DNA of 64,000 nucleotides, taken from the IMG/VR virus record IMGVR_UViG_3300021197_001844. One strand, 5' to 3'. The stretch is from an uncultured virus (IMG/VR IMGVR_UViG_3300021197_001844) (lineage: Duplodnaviria; Heunggongvirae; Uroviricota; Caudoviricetes). Positions 59,036 to 64,000 of this stretch are shown in pieces. Every line of letters begins with the position of its first letter. Within the stretch, counting starts at the first letter, position 1. The notes beneath the pieces were generated by a model that saw nothing but the letters and a program-made list of their open reading frames with translations, had not been told where the DNA came from and ran no database searches. The position numbers and the translations under genes were made by a program.

Positions 59036-59242
59036 CTATCTCTTCTGTTTTGCGAGTTCTTTTGCTCTTCTTCTATCAGAACGCTTTTTAGCTCGTCTTC
59101 TTTTTTCAGAAGGCTTCATATATCTTTGCTTATCTTTGTACTCTTCAATGATGCCAAGTTTTTTAATTTTCTTATTAAACCTTTTAATCACTCTTTCGAT
59201 GCTTTCATTACGTCTTGGTTTGACCACTAAGTTAGTAGGCAT
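59036..59242 (-). CDS. rpsU: Phage-encoded ribosomal protein bS21
   Basis: ESIERVIKRFNKKIKKLG..EYKDKQRYMKPSEKRRR. Confidence 0.88.
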   Translation of the reverse strand: MPTNLVVKPRRNESIERVIKRFNKKIKKLGIIEEYKDKQRYMKPSEKRRRAKKRSDRRRAKELAKQKR

Positions 59243-59655
59243 TACTTGTTCTCCATTAATCTTTGACTCATCGCAAATGCCTTAGCTCCAAACAAATTAG
59301 AGATATCAACACCCGGATCATTTGGCGAAACGCCATCTAGGGGGCCTTGGGCGTTGCCATGGCTAACAGGTGCCGAACCGGGTGTGGTGCCCTCAAAGAC
59401 GTTAACCCCATTATAGGCATCTTTTCCAATTGCATCCAAAAGTTTCTTCTTTTGCTTCTTTAAATTCCGGTTGACCTTTTGTGGCTTTTGAATCGGCTGA
59501 TATGTTTTTGTTTCAGTTATGGTTTGCTTACTGGAAAGGCCTAACGTCACTTCCTTAATAATATGTGAAAGGGCGCCCTCCTCTTCAAACAAAACCTCTT
59601 TTATACATTCTTTGATGAGTGGTTTTAAAATATTTTTTAATTCATCTTTTTTCAT
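59242..59655 (-). CDS. Hypothetical head-cluster protein
   Basis: MKKDELKNILKPLIKECIKEVL leader; VNVFEGT.P..DPGVDIS. Confidence 0.7.
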   Translation of the reverse strand: MKKDELKNILKPLIKECIKEVLFEEEGALSHIIKEVTLGLSSKQTITETKTYQPIQKPQKVNRNLKKQKKKLLDAIGKDAYNGVNVFEGTTPGSAPVSHGNAQGPLDGVSPNDPGVDISNLFGAKAFAMSQRLMENK

Positions 59656-60279
59656 CTAATCTCTCAAAATCTTATTAAATAAATTATCAATTATAATTTC
59701 TTTCTTTTCATTTATCTTGTTTTCATACATAGTGTTCGAAATTGAAACTTTTTTCTCTGGGTACATATATGCATTTGGCGTCGAAGGTTCTGACACAATA
59801 TCAAAACATATTAATTCAAAATCTTCTTGTACGACTGTGTTTCCCATGCTCTCTTTTACAGAGCCCATACCCCGTGAAGATATACCGAGCTTCACACCAG
59901 CATTTATCAAGTCTTTTAAAATACGACCAGAGGGCGTATCAAGGATCTTAATCTTGCCCATGATATCATTGCCTTCCCACCACATACCAGTTACAATGTG
60001 AGAAACGTTCCTAAGGTTGATAACAGAATCATCAGGGTGGTCTAATTCGCCCAGCGCCCTATTGTCCTTTATTACATTCTGGTAATTTTTTATTTCTTTC
60101 TGGAGTACTTTGCATGGGTAAACCCTGCCGTTTCCATTCTTTTTTTCGCATGTCTGCATTCTTCCGGAGAGATACATCGTACCATTGGCGACTTCTCTTT
60201 TCTCACGCTCAGTCAGCAAATCTTGGCAAACACCATCCTTGCAAAGTTCATAGAATTCTGTTAGCAATTGCTTTGGCAT
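59656..60279 (-). CDS. Prohead core protease (gp21-like)
   Basis: NGNGRVYP, ALGELDHP, VSH, GISSRGMGS, DIVSEPSTPNA. Confidence 0.95.
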   Translation of the reverse strand: MPKQLLTEFYELCKDGVCQDLLTEREKREVANGTMYLSGRMQTCEKKNGNGRVYPCKVLQKEIKNYQNVIKDNRALGELDHPDDSVINLRNVSHIVTGMWWEGNDIMGKIKILDTPSGRILKDLINAGVKLGISSRGMGSVKESMGNTVVQEDFELICFDIVSEPSTPNAYMYPEKKVSISNTMYENKINEKKEIIIDNLFNKILRD

Positions 60280-60280
60280 G

Positions 60281-60757
60281 TTAACTCCCGTAAGGCTCGG
60301 GTGTGGTACCCTGAGCGTCCTTAATGGCGGCATCTAATACTGCTTCAATCACTCTACCCTTCGTTTTGAGGAGGCTGTCTTTCGTGATTCTAGAAAAATT
60401 GTTTGAAAATTGGGCTGCTAGTTCTTCAGCCATAGTTTCCACGGCAGCATTACGTGTTGCCTCATCCACAACAGATGACGCCATTTGTTCTGCTTTGTTA
60501 GCAATGCCCTGAAGCATTCTTGCGTTAGTTCCGCCTTTATGAATTCTTAGAGCCTTTTCCATATTTGTTTTGGGATTTTCGGATTGTCGTGGCTGGTAAT
60601 CACTCTTTGGCGCATACCAATCTGATTGAGCACCATGTCTGGCACCGGTGCCGATATTCATTTCTCGTTCCCTTTCTTTGTTCCTGTATCTTGAGTGCCA
60701 AGATTCTTTCATTACTTTTCTAATGTATTGTTCTAATAGCTTTCTGGTTATTTTCAT
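60281..60757 (-). CDS. Hypothetical protein with head-cargo-type leader
   Basis: MKITRKLLEQYIRKVMKES. Confidence 0.65.
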   Translation of the reverse strand: MKITRKLLEQYIRKVMKESWHSRYRNKEREREMNIGTGARHGAQSDWYAPKSDYQPRQSENPKTNMEKALRIHKGGTNARMLQGIANKAEQMASSVVDEATRNAAVETMAEELAAQFSNNFSRITKDSLLKTKGRVIEAVLDAAIKDAQGTTPEPYGS

Positions 60758-61017
60758 ATCAAGCCATCCTCTTTCATCTTTTTAACAGCAGCCATAATAG
60801 AATTAGCCAAGTCCTCATCGCCACCCAAGATGTCCGTTATTGCTTCCTTCGTTCCGGGGCTATCAACATAAGTGCCGGTGCCATCTCCGGGAACAGTACG
60901 TTTTTGAGGTTTCTTAAAGGTACCGGGAGGTGCATTGCCGGGTTGTCTTCTGTCGCTTCTAGATTCATCAAGAATGTTGCGAATCATATTTTTTAAACTT
61001 TCAGTTGTTATTTTCAT
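60754..61017 (-). CDS. Hypothetical protein with head-cargo-type leader
   Basis: MKITTESLKNMIRNILDES. Confidence 0.65.
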   Translation of the reverse strand: MKITTESLKNMIRNILDESRSDRRQPGNAPPGTFKKPQKRTVPGDGTGTYVDSPGTKEAITDILGGDEDLANSIMAAVKKMKEDGLI

Positions 61018-61032
61018 TTCTTGCGTGTCCTT

Positions 61033-61058
61033 AAAAAATGTGCCGGCGCTACCGGCAC
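61033..61058 (-). terminator. Terminator after the micro-ORF
   Basis: GTGCCGG-TAGCG-CCGGCAC-ATTTTTT. Confidence 0.75.
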
Positions 61059-61061
61059 GAT

Positions 61062-61115
61062 TCAGCTACCGCTGCAACAACGTCGAACAGGCTGTAACAT
61101 CCATTTCTTAGTCAT
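61062..61115 (-). CDS. 17-aa micropeptide MTKKWMLQPVRRCCSGS (not in ORF track)
   Basis: GGAG-N6-ATG overlapping the upstream stop; followed by a terminator. Confidence 0.5.
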   Translation of the reverse strand: MTKKWMLQPVRRCCSGS

Positions 61116-61419
61116 TATTTGCTCCAATTTGTATGCCGTTATCTTTTACAATCATTGATAGAAGGTAAGAGGTACCAGCAGAAAGCCAACCACAAATAAA
61201 TAAATTTGCAATTGTATACTCGAAAGTAAATAGTTCGGTACCCCCATTTATCAAAAAAAGAAAGCAACCAACCCAAAATCCAATACATAAAGGACAATGG
61301 AATAGAGTGTTCCACTTCTTTGAGTAATCTCTTTCAGGTCTTATATCTTCAAATATCTTGCCATAAACAAGAATAAAGGTCAAGCCATATGAGGCAAGAA
61401 CAAAATATAGTAAGCCCAT
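61108..61419 (-). CDS. DUF1360-like membrane protein with CxxC
   Basis: Three hydrophobic segments; LFHCPLCIGFW. Confidence 0.65.
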   Translation of the reverse strand: MGLLYFVLASYGLTFILVYGKIFEDIRPERDYSKKWNTLFHCPLCIGFWVGCFLFLINGGTELFTFEYTIANLFICGWLSAGTSYLLSMIVKDNGIQIGANND

Positions 61420-61429
61420 CTGAACTCCG

Positions 61430-61996
61430 TTAGTATGTGTATCTTCCATGCAGATAAGGGGCGAATATGCCTCGTTGCTTTATCGAGCCTTTCTCTTCTT
61501 CATGAGGTACTTCACCCAGTTCTGTTGACATCTCTTGGTCGGGGTGAAGCATATGATCATCAACGGAATCCGAGTAGTCATCGTCTAAGAATGGCTTTTC
61601 AGTTTCGAGCCATTTACTAATCTCATAAAGAGTCACCTTAATACCATCTACTTCTTTAGATTCCAATAATATTGCCTGCAAGGAGCCATGAATATTACCC
61701 CCCTCAACTGAATCAAACTGTACGACTCCCTTTTTCTTAAGATAATCAAATAGTCTTTTCTCTGCACCATAAGTTATATCAGAGACAGTGTCTTTGGCGA
61801 ACGCTACAACTTTTTTCTTTTCAACAAGAATAATAATATCGATTTCTTTATGGTCAAAAACCATAATGTCGCCACTTAACGTCCTTCTCATTTCTAATTG
61901 GTACTCGACGACTTGGATTTTCGGCCCCTTGATAGTGACAGTTACCGGCTTGGTCTTTGGTTCAAGCTTGCTTACAATCTTAACGTTAACTGCCAT
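61430..61996 (-). CDS. Hypothetical protein in the head cluster
   Basis: GGAGG RBS; tightly packed with neighbours. Confidence 0.7.
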   Translation of the reverse strand: MAVNVKIVSKLEPKTKPVTVTIKGPKIQVVEYQLEMRRTLSGDIMVFDHKEIDIIILVEKKKVVAFAKDTVSDITYGAEKRLFDYLKKKGVVQFDSVEGGNIHGSLQAILLESKEVDGIKVTLYEISKWLETEKPFLDDDYSDSVDDHMLHPDQEMSTELGEVPHEEEKGSIKQRGIFAPYLHGRYTY

Positions 61997-62807
61997 TTCC
62001 GTTTACCTCCGCTACCAAGTCTTGAATATAAAATATCTCTTTAACAATAGACTCTGTTATAGGTGACTTAGCATAACTATCAAGCTGGTTCAAAACAAGC
62101 CTTGTTTTAGCCAAAAAGGTATCATTTTTGTTTATTTTTGGCTTCTTGGTACACTCGTGTACCTCTCTTTTAAGACGTGATATTTCCTCATTTAAGAAAG
62201 CCTTAAGGCCCAGACCATTATCAGAGAATGATACAATATAATTTGTTAATAAGTCTCGCTGTTCTGTTCTTAGGGTCTTGCTGTATGTTTGATTAAACTT
62301 TTTAACAAATGTATTGTATGTTAAGTTATCAACATGTTTCATCTCATCAAGTTCTTGCTTCTCATTAGTCATAAGAGTAACGAGCCTTGTTTCGACAAGT
62401 AGGCGAGACCTAGCTTTTAACTTAGAGCCGAAATACGCACCAAGGGAATTAATATCTTTATAGTTCGAAATAAAATTGGAAAATGCGTCTGTGCTTAGAC
62501 TTTCATTTATTTGTTTAATAAGTTTTGTTTGCTGATTGAAGATTAACTTGCGATCCAAGTTGTCAAAGTCCCTCTTGGTTTCGACAAGAAAGCGTGATGC
62601 AAACTCTTTTGACATCTTTTTGCTTTCTAAAACCGAACGATAAACATCCAACTCTTCTTTTAGGGGAGCCCCACTTTTAAAATTATCTTTTATAATTTTA
62701 ATAATTGTCTGTTTTCTCTCGTCTTGCTCTCTAACGATTGCTTTTGTTAATTCTTTCAGTAGGCATTCGTAAAGAAAAGCGGTATTTCTTTTCTTATTAA
62801 ACTTCAT
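61986..62807 (-). CDS. Hypothetical protein downstream of the portal gene
   Basis: NKKRNTAFLYE N-terminus; overlaps the portal stop. Confidence 0.7.
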   Translation of the reverse strand: MKFNKKRNTAFLYECLLKELTKAIVREQDERKQTIIKIIKDNFKSGAPLKEELDVYRSVLESKKMSKEFASRFLVETKRDFDNLDRKLIFNQQTKLIKQINESLSTDAFSNFISNYKDINSLGAYFGSKLKARSRLLVETRLVTLMTNEKQELDEMKHVDNLTYNTFVKKFNQTYSKTLRTEQRDLLTNYIVSFSDNGLGLKAFLNEEISRLKREVHECTKKPKINKNDTFLAKTRLVLNQLDSYAKSPITESIVKEIFYIQDLVAEVNGNGS

Positions 62808-63999
62808 CCTTTATCTCCTTTTTAAACATACCCTCGATAAGTCTATCGACTTCGTGTTTAGTTGTAAATAGTTTCTTCTCCTCCTTATCGTGAGTCTCCA
62901 TCAAACCATTTGCTAAACTCCTGAGTTGTTGGTAGCCCTTTGGTGCTTTTGCCCGGCTCGATGATGGCTTGCCGTATTCTCCGGCAGTTGCTATCGACGA
63001 ATAGTTCTGGGATCTTCTTGAGCTTCTTTTCTTGCCACTCATCTTGTGAGTGCCGCCAAGGTCACTTCTGGGTTTATCCGGAACATTACGTTTTGCTGGT
63101 GGTTCTGCTAAGAGAACATCGTCTTCACCACCGCCGGCCGAATCTCCACCAATAGCGGGTGCGTCACCTCCAGCATCATCTCCGCCAAGATCGCCATCCA
63201 AATCTCCACCTAGGTCACCGCCAAGGTCCCCACCTAAATCACCACCGAGGTCTCCGCCTAAATCGCCACCACCGCCATCACCAGATACTGATGCCTCTAG
63301 CTTAGCTAAAAACTTCTTATCCGTTGCCATTTCATGTTGCATCCTAATATACTCATCCTCGGAAAGGCCCAAGAGGTGTTCCGAAACCCATCTTCGAGAA
63401 AAATAACCCTCAGTAGCAGCCCCGGCTATATCAAACTTAGCTTTCCAATGCTCAAGCTCTTGAAGCTCAGAAATTTTACTAGGGTTGTTCAATTTCAATT
63501 TAAATGATAAAAGGTCATCACCTCTGAAACCAAGCGTGAAAAGGTGGATAATTCCGATCTTTTCTAATTCCGAGATAACAACTCTTTGGAGTCTTTGTAT
63601 AGTTCTTGCGAAACGTACATCTTTTTGAGCTAGCGTTGTCTTGTCTTCTGTTGCTCCCTCTCCCATTGTCAAGTACGACTGTGGGACTTTAAGTGCTGAG
63701 AATAGTTTATCACGAAGGTACTTAACATCCTCGACAGTTCCAGTAAACTGTCCACCGGCAAGGTTCTCTATCTTAGTGTTTGATGTGCCGCCTCGAACTG
63801 GTATAAAATAGTCTTCTTCAATAGAAAGAGGGTTATATCTCAGGTCAACACGGCCTGTCTTTGGGTCGACTACTTGGTGTCGCTTCATTTGTGTCATAAC
63901 TTTCTGCATGTATTGTTCAACGTCTTGTGGTGCAATTGAGCCAACGTCAACATAAAACGCCCTACGTTCTGGTGAACGAACAATACGATAAGCCATCAT
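62797..63999 (-). CDS. Portal protein (T4 gp20-like), 5' truncated by the window edge
   Basis: YRIVRSPERRAFYVDVG, EEDYFIPVRG, DVKYLRDKLFSALKVP, LAQKDVRFARTIQRLQ. Confidence 0.95.
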   Translation of the reverse strand: MMAYRIVRSPERRAFYVDVGSIAPQDVEQYMQKVMTQMKRHQVVDPKTGRVDLRYNPLSIEEDYFIPVRGGTSNTKIENLAGGQFTGTVEDVKYLRDKLFSALKVPQSYLTMGEGATEDKTTLAQKDVRFARTIQRLQRVVISELEKIGIIHLFTLGFRGDDLLSFKLKLNNPSKISELQELEHWKAKFDIAGAATEGYFSRRWVSEHLLGLSEDEYIRMQHEMATDKKFLAKLEASVSGDGGGGDLGGDLGGDLGGDLGGDLGGDLDGDLGGDDAGGDAPAIGGDSAGGGEDDVLLAEPPAKRNVPDKPRSDLGGTHKMSGKKRSSRRSQNYSSIATAGEYGKPSSSRAKAPKGYQQLRSLANGLMETHDKEEKKLFTTKHEVDRLIEGMFKKEIKDEV

Positions 64000-64000
64000 G

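Noticed and set aside
61040..61064. UGA plus hairpin as a selenocysteine/SECIS signal
   Set aside because: The hairpin is followed by a U-run and fits a terminator; read-through would add only a short non-descript tail
63180..63280. GC-rich 12-bp repeats as a DNA-level element
   Set aside because: Third positions vary while GGDL is kept, so this is a coding repeat
260..63406. Numerous plus-strand ORFs in the track (e.g. 2026-2445, 21940-22491, 49662-50234, 52148-52633)
   Set aside because: They are antisense shadows of well-supported minus-strand genes, S/F/L-rich and without RBS
1..64000. Stop-codon reassignment, common in some large phages
   Set aside because: Conserved genes are full length in the standard code, and TAA, TAG and TGA all terminate genes
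1..64000. CRISPR array, tRNA genes, introns/inteins, DGR reverse transcriptase
   Set aside because: No regularly spaced repeats, cloverleafs, interrupted core genes or RT motifs were seen by eye; tRNAscan and Infernal were not run

Overview
This window is a 64-kb segment of a large T4-like (myovirus, probably jumbo) bacteriophage genome in the standard genetic code, with almost all genes on the minus strand. In transcription order (right to left) it carries: (1) a head module with portal, prohead protease, ribosomal protein bS21, five repeat-rich putative fibre/decoration genes, scaffold and major capsid; (2) neck and tail genes (sheath, two tube genes, tail-assembly chaperone with a likely programmed frameshift, tape measure, baseplate/hub); (3) a replication and metabolism block with a minimal PolA-like polymerase, a divergent tubulin/FtsZ-like protein, duplicated WYL_2/SH3-like genes with structured leaders, SSB, RecA, 5'-3' exonuclease, DnaB helicase, class II RNR, GroES, ThyX, a J-domain protein, a CodA-like deaminase, DnaE, a methylase plus nuclease pair, dUTPase, ClpP and an amidase endolysin. 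Reading the DNA directly shows structure beyond the ORF track: two promoter classes (TTGACA-N17-TATATT/TATAAT, and a late-type CTAWTTA), a family of putative capsid-targeted proteins, an H-type pseudoknot, an 88-nt rod-like leader RNA, a 19-bp inverted promoter/RBS duplication, a 34-bp direct-repeat cassette and several uncalled Cys-rich micro-ORFs. All product calls come from motif recognition and gene order; no database searches were run.
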